Positions 31,888-44,170 of a DNA stretch of 64,000 bases are shown one piece after another. How positions within the stretch are numbered: the stretch's first letter is position 1; each line of letters begins with the position of its first letter. This DNA comes from Escherichia coli. GTDB taxonomy: Bacteria; Pseudomonadota; Gammaproteobacteria; Enterobacterales; Enterobacteriaceae. Both the position numbers and the translations under genes were made by a program. The stretch lies in assembly GCF_024700885.2 (NCBI RefSeq), contig NZ_CP117016.1; one strand, written 5' to 3'. The notes under the pieces were generated by a model. It did no database searches and was not told where the DNA came from. It was given only the letters and a program-made list of their open reading frames with translations.

Positions 31888-32753
31888 CGACGGATCGGAA
31901 TCAGTAGTTCACAGCGCAGATTAATTGGGCGATCTCCCGCTTTGGCATCTTCTGCCGGGTAGTATCGCTCAATATCCTGACCTTTACGGCGCGTCAGGTT
32001 GAGCATTGGCATGCACGTTCCGTATACCGTCAGGATAAACTCCTGCACGCCGGTTCCCAGACCTTCATAGGTAAACATCACATATTCGCCGCCCTGCAGC
32101 ATCACCGGATGCCCCGTCAGTACATAGCCATCTGCCTGATCCTGGGCTAACGCGGTGGTATAGAATACTTCTTGTTCGTCGTCTTTATCCTGACTCGGAC
32201 GCGTTTCATTCAGGCCGTAGAGCACCGGCGGAATGGTCGGCGCGTTGCCGAGAAAATCGTGCCAGAACTGATAACGCATTTCATGGCGGAAATCAGAGAT
32301 TTGCTCCAGCGAACAGGAGTAGCTCTGGGTAACACCAATCAGCGGCGTATCTTCCAGGGTGACAAATTTGTGCTCTGGCATAGTGAATTCACCCAGACGT
32401 AGCGGCGGGCGAATACCAAAGGCGCTCCATTCAGGAGAACGGCGGTAAAGTGCAGGAGTCTGGGCAAACTGCTTCTTGAATGCGCGGGTAAATGTCTGTT
32501 GAGAGTCGAAGCGGTATTGCAGCGCGATGTCCAGAATCGGACGCGCAGTCAGGCGTAGTGCGACCGCCGATTTCGACAAACGACGAGCACGAATATACGC
32601 GCCAATAGCATGGCCAGTGACATCTTTAAACATTCTCTGTAAGTGCCACTTGGAATAACCTGCTTTCGCCGCTACATTGTCGAGCGACAGGGGCTGATCC
32701 AGATGACCTTCCAGCCAGATTAAAAGGTCGCGAATAATGCCGGCCTGATCCAT
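31884..32753 (-). CDS. rob: AraC/XylS-family regulator Rob
   Basis: 289-aa product MDQAGIIRDLLIWLEGHLDQPLSLDNVAAKAGYSKWHLQRMFKDVTGH... Confidence 0.9.
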   Translation of the reverse strand: MDQAGIIRDLLIWLEGHLDQPLSLDNVAAKAGYSKWHLQRMFKDVTGHAIGAYIRARRLSKSAVALRLTARPILDIALQYRFDSQQTFTRAFKKQFAQTPALYRRSPEWSAFGIRPPLRLGEFTMPEHKFVTLEDTPLIGVTQSYSCSLEQISDFRHEMRYQFWHDFLGNAPTIPPVLYGLNETRPSQDKDDEQEVFYTTALAQDQADGYVLTGHPVMLQGGEYVMFTYEGLGTGVQEFILTVYGTCMPMLNLTRRKGQDIERYYPAEDAKAGDRPINLRCELLIPIRR

Positions 32754-32963
32754 AAAATATCCTCATCCTTTCAACAACGAGCACCTGACATCAGGTAATT
32801 GGATAATAGCATTTTTTGCTGTTTTAGCATTCAGTGTTTTTTTCTTAGTAGAGTATGTTTTAGGACTTGACGGAAATAAAAGTATTGAGATTTTGTTCTT
32901 AATCAATATGTTATTTACCGTGACGAACTAATTGCTCGTGTAATAGATAAAAATGGTAACAAT

Positions 32964-33437
32964 ATGAAATACAAGCATTTGATCCTGTCTTTAAGCCTGA
33001 TAATGCTGGGGCCATTGGCTCATGCAGAAGAGATTGGTTCGGTCGACACCGTATTTAAAATGATCGGCCCGGATCACAAAATTGTTGTGGAAGCCTTTGA
33101 CGATCCCGATGTGAAAAATGTCACCTGTTATGTGAGCCGGGCGAAAACCGGTGGTATTAAAGGGGGATTGGGCCTGGCAGAAGATACCTCCGATGCGGCC
33201 ATTTCTTGTCAGCAAGTCGGGCCGATTGAACTTTCGGATCGTATTAAAAACGGCAAAGCTCAGGGCGAGGTAGTATTCAAAAAACGCACGTCCCTGGTCT
33301 TTAAGTCGTTACAGGTCGTGCGCTTTTATGACGCCAAACGCAACGCGCTCGCTTATCTGGCTTACTCCGACAAAGTTGTAGAAGGTTCGCCGAAAAACGC
33401 GATTAGCGCGGTTCCTGTCATGCCGTGGCGGCAATAA
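32964..33437 (+). CDS. creA: CreA protein
   Basis: 157-aa secreted protein; first gene of cre operon. Confidence 0.85.
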
Positions 33438-33449
33438 CAGAGGCGATTT

Positions 33450-34139
33450 ATGCATCGGGAAACGGTCTGGTTAGTGGAAGATGAGCAAGGGATAGCCGAC
33501 ACGCTGGTCTACATGTTGCAGCAGGAAGGTTTTGCCGTCGAGGTCTTTGAGCGAGGCTTGCCGGTGCTGGATAAAGCTCGCCAGCAGGTTCCCGATGTCA
33601 TGATTCTCGACGTTGGTCTGCCGGATATTAGCGGCTTTGAATTGTGCCGCCAGTTACTGGCGCTCCATCCGGCGTTACCTGTACTGTTCCTGACGGCCCG
33701 AAGTGAAGAGGTCGATCGCCTGCTTGGGCTGGAAATTGGCGCTGACGACTATGTGGCTAAACCGTTTTCACCCCGCGAAGTGTGCGCCAGGGTGCGCACC
33801 TTACTGCGTCGGGTGAAGAAGTTCTCGACGCCGTCTCCCGTCATCCATATTGGTCATTTTGAATTGAATGAACCCGCGGCGCAGATCAGCTGGTTTGACA
33901 CGCCATTAACGCTGACGCGGTATGAGTTTTTATTGCTGAAGACGTTACTCAAGTCGCCAGGCCGCGTCTGGTCCCGCCAGCAACTGATGGATAGCGTGTG
34001 GGAAGATGCACAGGACACCTACGATCGCACCGTCGATACCCACATTAAAACGTTGCGTGCCAAGCTGCGCGCCATCAACCCCGATCTTTCACCGATTAAT
34101 ACTCATCGCGGCATGGGATATAGCCTGAGGGGCCTGTAA
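33450..34139 (+). CDS. creB: Two-component response regulator CreB
   Basis: 229-aa OmpR-family response regulator. Confidence 0.9.
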   Translation: MHRETVWLVEDEQGIADTLVYMLQQEGFAVEVFERGLPVLDKARQQVPDVMILDVGLPDISGFELCRQLLALHPALPVLFLTARSEEVDRLLGLEIGADDYVAKPFSPREVCARVRTLLRRVKKFSTPSPVIHIGHFELNEPAAQISWFDTPLTLTRYEFLLLKTLLKSPGRVWSRQQLMDSVWEDAQDTYDRTVDTHIKTLRAKLRAINPDLSPINTHRGMGYSLRGL

Positions 34140-35563
34140 TGCGTATCGGCATGCGGTTGCTGCTGGGCTATTTTTTATTGGTGGCGGTGGCGGCCTGGTT
34201 CGTACTGGCTATTTTTGTCAAAGAAGTTAAACCGGGCGTGCGAAGAGCAACGGAGGGGACGTTGATCGACACCGCAACGTTGCTGGCGGAGCTGGCGCGT
34301 CCCGATTTGCTCTCTGGGGACCCAACGCATGGGCAACTGGCGCAGGCGTTTAATCAGCTACAACATCGCCCGTTTCGCGCCAATATCGGTGGCATTAACA
34401 AAGTGCGCAATGAATATCATGTCTATATGACCGATGCGCAGGGCAAAGTATTGTTCGATTCGGCAAATAAAGCCGTTGGACAGGATTATTCGCGCTGGAA
34501 TGACGTCTGGCTAACGTTGCGTGGGCAGTATGGTGCGCGCAGCACGTTGCAAAATCCTGCCGATCCCGAAAGTTCGGTGATGTATGTTGCCGCGCCGATT
34601 ATGGACGGCTCGCGGCTTATTGGCGTTTTGAGCGTAGGCAAACCGAACGCGGCGATGGCTCCGGTCATTAAGCGCAGCGAGCGGCGAATTTTATGGGCCA
34701 GCGCCATTTTGTTGGGGATTGCACTGGTGATTGGCGCAGGCATAGTTTGGTGGATCAACCGCTCCATTGCCCGGCTCACTCGCTATGCTGATTCCGTCAC
34801 TGACAATAAGCCCGTTCCTCTCCCCGATCTCGGTAGTAGCGAGCTGCGTAAACTCGCGCAGGCGCTGGAAAGTATGCGCGTGAAGCTGGAAGGGAAAAAC
34901 TATATTGAGCAGTATGTTTACGCATTAACTCATGAGCTAAAAAGCCCACTGGCGGCGATTCGTGGCGCGGCGGAAATTTTACGCGAAGGTCCGCCGCCGG
35001 AAGTGGTGGCTCGTTTTACTGACAACATTCTGACGCAAAATGCGCGTATGCAGGCATTGGTAGAAACGTTACTACGCCAGGCAAGACTGGAGAATCGTCA
35101 GGAAGTCGTTCTGACTGCTGTTGATGTGGCGGCATTATTCCGCCGCGTCAGCGAAGCGCGCACCGTGCAGTTGGCAGAAAAAAACATCACTCTACATGTT
35201 ACGCCCACCGAGGTTAACGTTGCTGCTGAACCGGCGTTACTGGAGCAGGCTCTGGGGAATTTACTGGATAACGCCATCGATTTTACCCCCGAGAGCGGTT
35301 GCATCATGCTAAGCGCCGAAGTGGAGCAGGAACACGTCACGCTTAAGGTGCTGGATACCGGTAGTGGTATTCCTGACTACGCGCTTTCACGTATTTTTGA
35401 ACGCTTTTACTCTTTGCCTCGTGCAAATGGGCAAAAAAGCAGCGGTCTGGGGTTGGCGTTCGTCAGTGAGGTCGCCCGTTTGTTTAACGGCGAAGTCACG
35501 CTGCGCAACGTGCAGGAAGGTGGCGTGCTGGCCTCGCTTCGACTTCACCGTCACTTCACATAG
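34139..35563 (+). CDS. creC: Sensor histidine kinase CreC
   Basis: 474-aa kinase with H-box ALTHELKSPLAAIRGAAE. Confidence 0.9.
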   Translation: MRIGMRLLLGYFLLVAVAAWFVLAIFVKEVKPGVRRATEGTLIDTATLLAELARPDLLSGDPTHGQLAQAFNQLQHRPFRANIGGINKVRNEYHVYMTDAQGKVLFDSANKAVGQDYSRWNDVWLTLRGQYGARSTLQNPADPESSVMYVAAPIMDGSRLIGVLSVGKPNAAMAPVIKRSERRILWASAILLGIALVIGAGIVWWINRSIARLTRYADSVTDNKPVPLPDLGSSELRKLAQALESMRVKLEGKNYIEQYVYALTHELKSPLAAIRGAAEILREGPPPEVVARFTDNILTQNARMQALVETLLRQARLENRQEVVLTAVDVAALFRRVSEARTVQLAEKNITLHVTPTEVNVAAEPALLEQALGNLLDNAIDFTPESGCIMLSAEVEQEHVTLKVLDTGSGIPDYALSRIFERFYSLPRANGQKSSGLGLAFVSEVARLFNGEVTLRNVQEGGVLASLRLHRHFT

Positions 35564-35620
35564 CTTCAAATTCTTCCCACATAGCCTTCGTATCCTGCTG
35601 CCATTGCAAAGGAGAAGACT

Positions 35621-36973
35621 ATGTTGAAATCCCCCCTGTTCTGGAAAATTACCACCCTGTTTGGTGCAGTATTGCTGTTGTTGATTCCGATAATGCTGAT
35701 TCGGCAGGTGATTGTCGAACGTGCTGATTACCGTAGCGATGTGGAAGATGCGATTCGCCAAAGTACCAGCGGGCCGCAAAAACTCGTTGGGCCGCTCATC
35801 GCTATTCCTGTGACCGAGCTTTATACGGTGCAGGAAGAGGATAAAACCGTGGAGCGGAAACGAAGTTTTATCCATTTTTGGTTACCTGAGTCATTGATGG
35901 TTGATGGCAATCAGAACGTGGAAGAACGCAAGATAGGGATTTATACCGGTCAGGTCTGGCACAGTGATTTAACGCTAAAAGCTGATTTCGATGTTTCGCG
36001 TCTTAGCGAACTCAACGCGCCAAATATCACCTTAGGCAAGCCATTTATTGTGATTAGCGTCGGGGATGCGCGTGGTATTGGTGTGGTGAAAGCGCCTGAA
36101 GTTAACGGAACGGCGCTGACCATTGAACCCGGCACCGGGTTAGAGCAAGGCGGACAGGGCGTGCATATCCCTTTACCTGAAGGGGACTGGCGGAAGCAGA
36201 ACCTGAAGCTGAATATGGCCCTGAATTTAAGCGGTACCGGCGATCTTTCTGTGGTGCCTGGCGGGCGTAATAGCGAAATGACCTTAACCAGCAACTGGCC
36301 GCATCCCAGTTTTTTAGGTGATTTTCTACCAGCCAAACGGGAAGTTAGCGAGTCAGGTTTTCAGGCGCACTGGCAAAGCAGCTGGTTTGCTAATAATCTC
36401 GGTGAGCGTTTTGCTTCAGGCAATGATACCGGCTGGGAAAACTTCCCGGCGTTTAGCGTCGCAGTAACGACGCCAGCCGATCAATACCAATTAACTGACC
36501 GGGCGACTAAGTACGCCATTCTGCTGATTGCACTGACTTTTATGGCGTTCTTTGTTTTTGAAACGCTCACCGCGCAACGTTTACACCCAATGCAATATTT
36601 GCTGGTGGGGCTTTCATTGGTGATGTTTTATTTGCTCTTGCTGGCGCTTTCTGAACATACCGGTTTTACCGTGGCATGGATAATCGCCAGTCTGATTGGG
36701 GCGATAATGAACGGTATTTATTTGCAGGCGGTATTGAAAGGTTGGTGCAACAGCATGTTGTTTACCCTCGCGCTGTTGTTGCTGGATGGTGTGATGTGGG
36801 GACTGCTCAACTCTGCCGATAGCGCGCTGTTGTTGGGAACCAGTGTGCTGGTGGTGGCGCTGGCCGGCATGATGTTTGTGACCCGTAATATCGACTGGTA
36901 TGCGTTTTCACTGCCGAAAATGAAAGCCAGTAAAGAAGTTACAACGGACGATGAATTACGTATCTGGAAATAA
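35621..36973 (+). CDS. creD: Inner membrane protein CreD
   Basis: 450-aa multi-TM protein downstream of creC. Confidence 0.9.
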   Translation: MLKSPLFWKITTLFGAVLLLLIPIMLIRQVIVERADYRSDVEDAIRQSTSGPQKLVGPLIAIPVTELYTVQEEDKTVERKRSFIHFWLPESLMVDGNQNVEERKIGIYTGQVWHSDLTLKADFDVSRLSELNAPNITLGKPFIVISVGDARGIGVVKAPEVNGTALTIEPGTGLEQGGQGVHIPLPEGDWRKQNLKLNMALNLSGTGDLSVVPGGRNSEMTLTSNWPHPSFLGDFLPAKREVSESGFQAHWQSSWFANNLGERFASGNDTGWENFPAFSVAVTTPADQYQLTDRATKYAILLIALTFMAFFVFETLTAQRLHPMQYLLVGLSLVMFYLLLLALSEHTGFTVAWIIASLIGAIMNGIYLQAVLKGWCNSMLFTLALLLLDGVMWGLLNSADSALLLGTSVLVVALAGMMFVTRNIDWYAFSLPKMKASKEVTTDDELRIWK

Positions 36974-36984
36974 GGTTGAAAAAT

Positions 36985-37015
36985 AAAAACGGCGCTAAAA
37001 AGCGCCGTTTTTTTG
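36985..37015. terminator. Bidirectional terminator between creD and arcA
   Basis: Hairpin aacggcgct aaaa agcgccgtt flanked by A-run and T-run. Confidence 0.65.
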
Positions 37016-37031
37016 ACGGTGGTAAAGCCGA

Positions 37032-37748
37032 TTAATCTTCCAGATCACCGCAGAAGCGATAACCTTCACCGTGAATGGTGGCGATGATTTCCGGCGTATC
37101 CGGCGTAGATTCGAAATGTTTACGAATACGGCGGATCGTCACGTCTACAGTACGGTCGTGCGGTTTCAGCTCACGGCCGGTCATTTTCTTCAGCAGTTCA
37201 GCACGGGACTGAATTTTGCCTGGGTTTTCACAGAAGTGAAGCATGGCGCGGAACTCGCTGCGCGGCAGCTTGTACTGTTCGCCATCTGGGCCGATCAACG
37301 AACGGCTGTTGATGTCCAGTTCCCAACCATTGAACTTGTAGCTTTCAACGCTACGACGTTCTTCGCTGACAGTACCCAGATTCATGGTACGGGACAGCAG
37401 GTTGCGTGCACGAATCGTCAGTTCACGCGGGTTGAACGGTTTGGTGATGTAGTCATCTGCACCGATTTCGAGGCCGAGAATTTTATCGACTTCGTTGTCA
37501 CGGCCAGTCAGGAACATCAACGCAACATTCGCCTGCTCGCGCAGTTCACGCGCTAACAGAAGACCGTTCTTACCCGGCAGATTGATATCCATGATCACCA
37601 GGTTGATGTCATATTCAGAGAGGATCTGATGCATTTCCGCGCCATCTGTCGCTTCGAAAACATCATAGCCTTCCGCTTCGAAAATACTTTTCAACGTGTT
37701 GCGTGTTACCAACTCGTCTTCAACGATAAGAATGTGCGGGGTCTGCAT
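37032..37748 (-). CDS. arcA: Aerobic respiration control response regulator ArcA
   Basis: 238-aa product [43 protein letters not shown]... Confidence 0.95.
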
Positions 37749-37843
37749 GTTTGCTACCTAAATTGCCAACTAAATCGAAACAGGAAGTACAAAAGTCCCT
37801 GACCTGCCTGATGCATGCTGCAAATTAACATGATCGGCGTAAC

Positions 37844-37984
37844 ATGACTAAAGTACGTAATTGCGTTCTTGATGCACTTTCCATCAACGTCAACAACATC
37901 ATTAGCTTGGTCGTGGGTACTTTCCCTCAGGACCCGACAGTGTCAAAAACGGCTGTCATCCTAACCATTTTAACAGCAACATAA
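37844..37984 (+). CDS. yjjY: Small protein YjjY (46 aa)
   Basis: ORF MTKVRNCVLDALSINVNNIISLVVGTFPQDPTVSKTAVILTILTAT read directly from sequence; below the ORF-track length cutoff. Confidence 0.55.
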   Translation: MTKVRNCVLDALSINVNNIISLVVGTFPQDPTVSKTAVILTILTAT

Positions 37985-38383
37985 CAGGCTAAGAGGGGCC
38001 GGACACCCAATAAAACTACGCTTCGTTGACATATATCAAGTTCAATTGTAGCACGTTAACAGTTTGATGAAATCATCGTATCTAAATGCTAGCTTTCGTC
38101 ACATTATTTTAATAATCCAACTAGTTGCATCATACAACTAATAAACGTGGTGAATCCAATTGTCGAGATTTATTTTTTATAAAATTATCCTAAGTAAACA
38201 GAAGGATATGTAGCATTTTTTAACAATTCAACCGTTAGTACAGTCAGGAAATAGTTTAGCTTTTTTTAAGCTAAGTAAAGGGCTTTTTCTGCGACTTACG
38301 TTAAGAATTTGTAAATTCGCACCGCGTAATAAGTTGACAGTGGTCACCCGGTTCGCGGTTATTTGAGCAAGAAGAGTGGCAAT

Positions 38384-39070
38384 ATGCGTATAACGATTAT
38401 TCTGGTCGCACCCGCCAGAGCAGAAAATATTGGGGCAGCGGCGCGGGCAATGAAAACGATGGGGTTTAGCGAGCTGCGGATTGTCGATAGTCAGGCACAC
38501 CTGGAGCCAGCCACCCGCTGGGTCGCACATGGATCTGGTGATATTATTGATAATATTAAAGTTTTCCCGACACTGGCTGAATCGTTACACGATGTCGATT
38601 TCACTGTTGCCACCACTGCGCGCAGTCGGGCGAAATATCATTACTACGCTACGCCAGTAGAACTGGTGCCGCTGTTAGAGGAAAAATCTTCATGGATGAG
38701 CCATGCCGCGTTGGTGTTTGGTCGCGAAGATTCCGGGTTGACTAACGAAGAGTTAGCGTTGGCTGACGTTCTTACTGGTGTGCCGATGGTGGCGGATTAT
38801 CCTTCGCTCAATCTGGGGCAGGCGGTGATGGTCTATTGCTATCAATTAGCAACATTAATACAACAACCGGCGAAAAGTGACACAACGGCAGACCAACATC
38901 AACTGCAAGCTTTACGCGAACGAGCCATGGCATTGCTGACGACTCTGGCAGTGGCAGATGACATAAAACTGGTCGACTGGTTACAACAACGCCTGGGGCT
39001 TTTAGAGCAACGAGACACAGCAATGTTGCACCGTTTGCTGCATGATATTGAAAAAAATATCACCAAATAA
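38384..39070 (+). CDS. yjtD: SpoU-family tRNA/rRNA methyltransferase YjtD (LasT)
   Basis: 228-aa product MRITIILVAPARAENIGAAARAMKTMGF... Confidence 0.85.
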   Translation: MRITIILVAPARAENIGAAARAMKTMGFSELRIVDSQAHLEPATRWVAHGSGDIIDNIKVFPTLAESLHDVDFTVATTARSRAKYHYYATPVELVPLLEEKSSWMSHAALVFGREDSGLTNEELALADVLTGVPMVADYPSLNLGQAVMVYCYQLATLIQQPAKSDTTADQHQLQALRERAMALLTTLAVADDIKLVDWLQQRLGLLEQRDTAMLHRLLHDIEKNITK

Positions 39071-39280
39071 AAAACGCCTTAGTAAGTATTTTTCAGCTTT
39101 TCATTCTGACTGCAACGGGCAATATGTCTCTGTGTGGATTAAAAAAAGAGTCTCTGACAGCAGCTTCTGAACTGGTTACCTGCCGTGAGTAAATTAAAAT
39201 TTTATTGACTTAGGTCACTAAATACTTTAACCAATATAGGCATAGCGCACAGACAGATAAAAATTACAGAGTACACAACA

Positions 39281-39349
<69 letters not shown>

Positions 39350-39370
39350 CGCGTACAGGAAATACAGAAA

Positions 39371-39403
39371 AAAGCCCGCACCTGACAGTGCGGGCTTTTT
39401 TTT
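39371..39403 (+). terminator. thr attenuator terminator
   Basis: Hairpin aagcccgcac ctgacag tgcgggctt followed by tttttttt. Confidence 0.85.
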
Positions 39404-39429
39404 CGACCAAAGGTAACGAGGTAACAACC

Positions 39430-41892
39430 ATGCGAGTGTTGAAGTTCGGCGGTACATCAGTGGCAAATGCAGAACGTTTTCTGCGGGTTGCCGATATTCT
39501 GGAAAGCAATGCCAGGCAGGGGCAGGTGGCCACCGTCCTCTCTGCCCCCGCCAAAATCACCAACCACCTGGTGGCGATGATTGAAAAAACCATTAGCGGC
39601 CAGGATGCTTTACCCAATATCAGCGATGCCGAACGTATTTTTGCCGAACTTCTGACGGGACTCGCCGCCGCCCAGCCGGGATTCCCGCTGGCGCAACTGA
39701 AAACTTTCGTCGACCAGGAATTTGCCCAAATAAAACATGTCCTGCATGGCATTAGTTTGTTGGGGCAGTGCCCGGATAGCATCAACGCTGCGCTGATTTG
39801 CCGTGGCGAGAAAATGTCGATCGCCATTATGGCCGGCGTGTTAGAAGCGCGTGGTCACAACGTTACCGTTATCGATCCGGTCGAAAAACTGCTGGCAGTG
39901 GGGCATTACCTCGAATCTACCGTCGATATTGCTGAGTCCACCCGCCGTATTGCGGCAAGCCGCATTCCTGCTGATCACATGGTGCTGATGGCAGGTTTCA
40001 CCGCCGGTAATGAAAAAGGCGAACTGGTGGTGCTTGGACGCAACGGTTCCGACTACTCCGCGGCGGTGCTGGCTGCCTGTTTACGCGCCGATTGTTGCGA
40101 GATTTGGACGGACGTTGACGGGGTCTATACCTGCGACCCGCGTCAGGTGCCCGATGCGAGGTTGTTGAAGTCGATGTCCTACCAGGAAGCGATGGAGCTT
40201 TCCTACTTCGGCGCTAAAGTTCTTCACCCCCGCACAATTACCCCCATCGCCCAGTTCCAGATCCCTTGCCTGATTAAAAATACCGGAAATCCTCAAGCAC
40301 CAGGTACGCTCATTGGTGCCAGCCGTGATGAAGACGAATTACCGGTCAAGGGCATTTCCAATCTGAATAACATGGCAATGTTCAGCGTTTCTGGTCCGGG
40401 GATGAAAGGGATGGTCGGCATGGCGGCGCGCGTCTTTGCAGCGATGTCACGCGCCCGTATTTCCGTGGTGCTGATTACGCAATCATCTTCCGAATACAGT
40501 ATCAGTTTCTGCGTTCCACAAAGCGACTGTGTGCGAGCTGAACGGGCAATGCAGGAAGAGTTCTACCTGGAACTGAAAGAAGGCTTACTGGAGCCGCTGG
40601 CGGTGACGGAACGGCTGGCCATTATCTCGGTGGTAGGTGATGGTATGCGCACCTTGCGTGGGATCTCGGCGAAATTCTTTGCCGCGCTGGCCCGCGCCAA
40701 TATCAACATTGTCGCCATTGCTCAGGGATCTTCTGAACGCTCAATCTCTGTCGTGGTAAATAACGATGATGCGACCACTGGCGTGCGCGTTACTCATCAG
40801 ATGCTGTTCAATACCGATCAGGTTATCGAAGTGTTTGTGATTGGCGTCGGTGGCGTTGGCGGTGCGCTGCTGGAGCAACTGAAGCGTCAGCAAAGCTGGC
40901 TGAAGAATAAACATATCGACTTACGTGTCTGTGGTGTTGCCAACTCGAAGGCTCTGCTCACCAATGTACATGGCCTTAATCTGGAAAACTGGCAGGAAGA
41001 ACTGGCGCAAGCCAAAGAGCCGTTTAATCTCGGGCGCTTAATTCGCCTCGTGAAAGAATATCATCTGTTGAACCCGGTCATTGTTGACTGCACCTCCAGC
41101 CAGGCAGTGGCGGATCAATATGCCGACTTCCTGCGCGAAGGTTTCCACGTTGTTACGCCGAACAAAAAGGCTAACACCTCGTCGATGGATTACTACCATC
41201 TGTTGCGTCATGCGGCGGAAAAATCGCGGCGTAAATTCCTCTATGACACCAACGTTGGGGCTGGATTACCGGTTATTGAGAACCTGCAAAATCTGCTCAA
41301 TGCAGGTGATGAATTGATGAAGTTCTCCGGCATTCTTTCTGGTTCGCTTTCTTATATCTTCGGCAAGTTAGACGAAGGCATGAGTTTCTCCGAGGCGACC
41401 ACGCTGGCGCGGGAAATGGGTTATACCGAACCGGACCCGCGAGATGATCTTTCTGGTATGGATGTGGCGCGTAAACTATTGATTCTCGCTCGTGAAACGG
41501 GACGTGAACTGGAGCTGGCGGATATTGAAATTGAACCTGTGCTGCCTGCTGAGTTTAACGCCGAGGGTGATGTTACCGCTTTTATGGCGAATCTGTCACA
41601 GCTCGACGATCTCTTTGCCGCGCGCGTGGCGAAGGCCCGTGATGAAGGAAAAGTTTTACGCTATGTTGGCAATATTGATGAAGATGGCGTCTGTCGCGTG
41701 AAGATTGCCGAAGTGGATGGTAATGATCCGCTGTTCAAAGTGAAAAATGGCGAAAACGCCCTGGCCTTCTATAGCCACTATTATCAGCCGCTGCCGTTGG
41801 TGCTGCGCGGATATGGTGCGGGCAATGACGTTACAGCTGCCGGTGTTTTTGCCGATCTGCTACGTACCCTCTCATGGAAGTTAGGAGTCTGA
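39430..41892 (+). CDS. thrA: Bifunctional aspartokinase I / homoserine dehydrogenase I
   Basis: 820-aa product [27 protein letters not shown]... Confidence 0.95.
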
Positions 41893-41893
41893 C

Positions 41894-42826
41894 ATGGTTA
41901 AAGTTTATGCCCCGGCTTCCAGTGCCAATATGAGCGTCGGGTTTGATGTGCTCGGGGCGGCGGTGACACCCGTTGATGGTGCATTGCTCGGAGATGTAGT
42001 CACGGTTGAGGCGGCAGAGACATTCAGTCTCAATAACCTCGGACGCTTTGCCGATAAGCTGCCGTCAGAACCTCGGGAAAATATCGTTTATCAGTGTTGG
42101 GAGCGTTTTTGCCAGGAGCTGGGTAAGCAAATTCCAGTGGCGATGACCCTGGAAAAGAATATGCCGATCGGTTCGGGCTTAGGCTCCAGCGCCTGTTCAG
42201 TGGTCGCGGCGCTGATGGCGATGAATGAACACTGCGGCAAGCCGCTTAATGACACCCGTTTGCTGGCTTTGATGGGCGAGCTGGAAGGGCGTATCTCCGG
42301 CAGCATTCATTACGACAACGTGGCACCGTGTTTTCTTGGTGGTATGCAGTTAATGATCGAAGAAAACGACATCATCAGCCAGCAAGTGCCAGGGTTTGAT
42401 GAGTGGCTGTGGGTGCTGGCGTATCCGGGGATTAAAGTCTCGACGGCAGAAGCCAGGGCTATTTTACCGGCACAGTATCGCCGCCAGGATTGCATTGCGC
42501 ACGGGCGACATCTGGCAGGCTTCATTCACGCCTGCTATTCCCGTCAGCCTGAGCTTGCCGCGAAGCTGATGAAAGATGTTATCGCTGAACCCTACCGTGA
42601 ACGGTTACTGCCTGGTTTCCGGCAGGCGCGGCAGGCGGTCGCGGAAATCGGCGCGGTAGCGAGCGGTATCTCCGGCTCCGGCCCGACTTTGTTCGCTCTG
42701 TGTGACAAGCCGGATACCGCCCAGCGCGTTGCCGACTGGTTGGGTAAGAACTACCTGCAAAATCAGGAAGGTTTTGTTCATATTTGCCGGCTGGATACGG
42801 CGGGCGCACGAGTACTGGAAAACTAA
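41894..42826 (+). CDS. thrB: Homoserine kinase
   Basis: 310-aa product [24 protein letters not shown]... Confidence 0.95.
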
Positions 42827-44113
42827 ATGAAACTCTACAATCTGAAAGATCACAATGAGCAGGTCAGCTTTGCGCAAGCCGTAACCCAGGGGTTGGGCAA
42901 AAATCAGGGGCTGTTTTTCCCGCACGACCTGCCGGAATTCAGCCTGACTGAAATTGATGAGATGCTGAAGCTGGATTTTGTCACCCGCAGTGCGAAGATC
43001 CTCTCGGCGTTTATTGGTGATGAAATCCCGCAGGAAATCCTGGAAGAGCGCGTACGCGCGGCGTTTGCCTTCCCGGCTCCGGTCGCCAATGTTGAAAGCG
43101 ATGTCGGTTGTCTGGAGTTGTTCCACGGGCCAACGCTGGCATTTAAAGATTTCGGCGGTCGCTTTATGGCACAAATGCTGACCCATATTGCGGGCGATAA
43201 GCCAGTGACCATTCTGACCGCGACCTCCGGTGATACCGGAGCGGCAGTGGCTCATGCTTTCTACGGTTTGCCGAATGTGAAAGTGGTTATCCTCTATCCA
43301 CGAGGCAAAATCAGTCCACTGCAAGAAAAACTGTTCTGTACATTGGGCGGCAATATTGAAACTGTTGCCATCGACGGCGATTTCGATGCCTGTCAGGCGC
43401 TGGTGAAGCAGGCGTTTGATGATGAAGAACTGAAAGTGGCGCTGGGGTTAAACTCTGCTAACTCCATTAACATCAGCCGTTTGCTGGCGCAGATTTGCTA
43501 CTACTTTGAAGCCGTGGCGCAGTTGCCGCAGGAAGCGCGCAACCAGCTGGTTGTCTCGGTGCCGAGCGGTAACTTCGGCGATTTGACGGCGGGCCTGCTG
43601 GCGAAATCTCTTGGCCTGCCGGTGAAGCGTTTTATCGCTGCCACTAACGTGAACGATACCGTGCCGCGTTTCCTGCACGACGGGCAGTGGTCACCCAAAG
43701 CGACTCAGGCGACGTTATCCAACGCGATGGACGTGAGTCAACCGAACAACTGGCCGCGTGTGGAAGAGTTGTTCCGCCGCAAAATTTGGCAACTGAAAGA
43801 GCTGGGTTATGCAGCCGTAGATGATGAAACCACGCAACAGACAATGCGTGAGTTAAAAGAACTGGGCTATACCTCGGAGCCGCACGCTGCCGTAGCTTAT
43901 CGTGCACTGCGTGACCAGTTGCATCCAGGCGAATATGGCTTGTTCCTCGGCACCGCGCATCCGGCGAAATTTAAAGAGAGCGTGGAAGCGATTCTCGGTG
44001 AAACGTTGGATCTGCCAAAAGAGCTGGCAGAACGTGCTGATTTACCCTTGCTTTCGCATAATCTGCCCGCCGATTTTGCTGCGTTGCGTAAATTGATGAT
44101 GAATCATCAGTAA
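42827..44113 (+). CDS. thrC: Threonine synthase
   Basis: 428-aa product MKLYNLKDHNEQVSFAQAVTQGLGKNQGLFFP... Confidence 0.95.
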   Translation: MKLYNLKDHNEQVSFAQAVTQGLGKNQGLFFPHDLPEFSLTEIDEMLKLDFVTRSAKILSAFIGDEIPQEILEERVRAAFAFPAPVANVESDVGCLELFHGPTLAFKDFGGRFMAQMLTHIAGDKPVTILTATSGDTGAAVAHAFYGLPNVKVVILYPRGKISPLQEKLFCTLGGNIETVAIDGDFDACQALVKQAFDDEELKVALGLNSANSINISRLLAQICYYFEAVAQLPQEARNQLVVSVPSGNFGDLTAGLLAKSLGLPVKRFIAATNVNDTVPRFLHDGQWSPKATQATLSNAMDVSQPNNWPRVEELFRRKIWQLKELGYAAVDDETTQQTMRELKELGYTSEPHAAVAYRALRDQLHPGEYGLFLGTAHPAKFKESVEAILGETLDLPKELAERADLPLLSHNLPADFAALRKLMMNHQ

Positions 44114-44134
44114 CATCTATTCATTATCTCAATC

Positions 44135-44170
44135 AGGCCGGGTTTGCTTTTATACAGCCCGGCTTTTTTA
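44135..44170 (+). terminator. thr operon terminator
   Basis: Hairpin aggccggg...cccggct followed by ttttt. Confidence 0.55.

Noticed and set aside
38228-38530. 100-aa minus-strand ORF in the arcA-yjtD intergenic region
   Set aside because: Overlaps the yjtD start and promoter region on the opposite strand with a low-complexity product; the conserved small gene here is yjjY on the plus strand.
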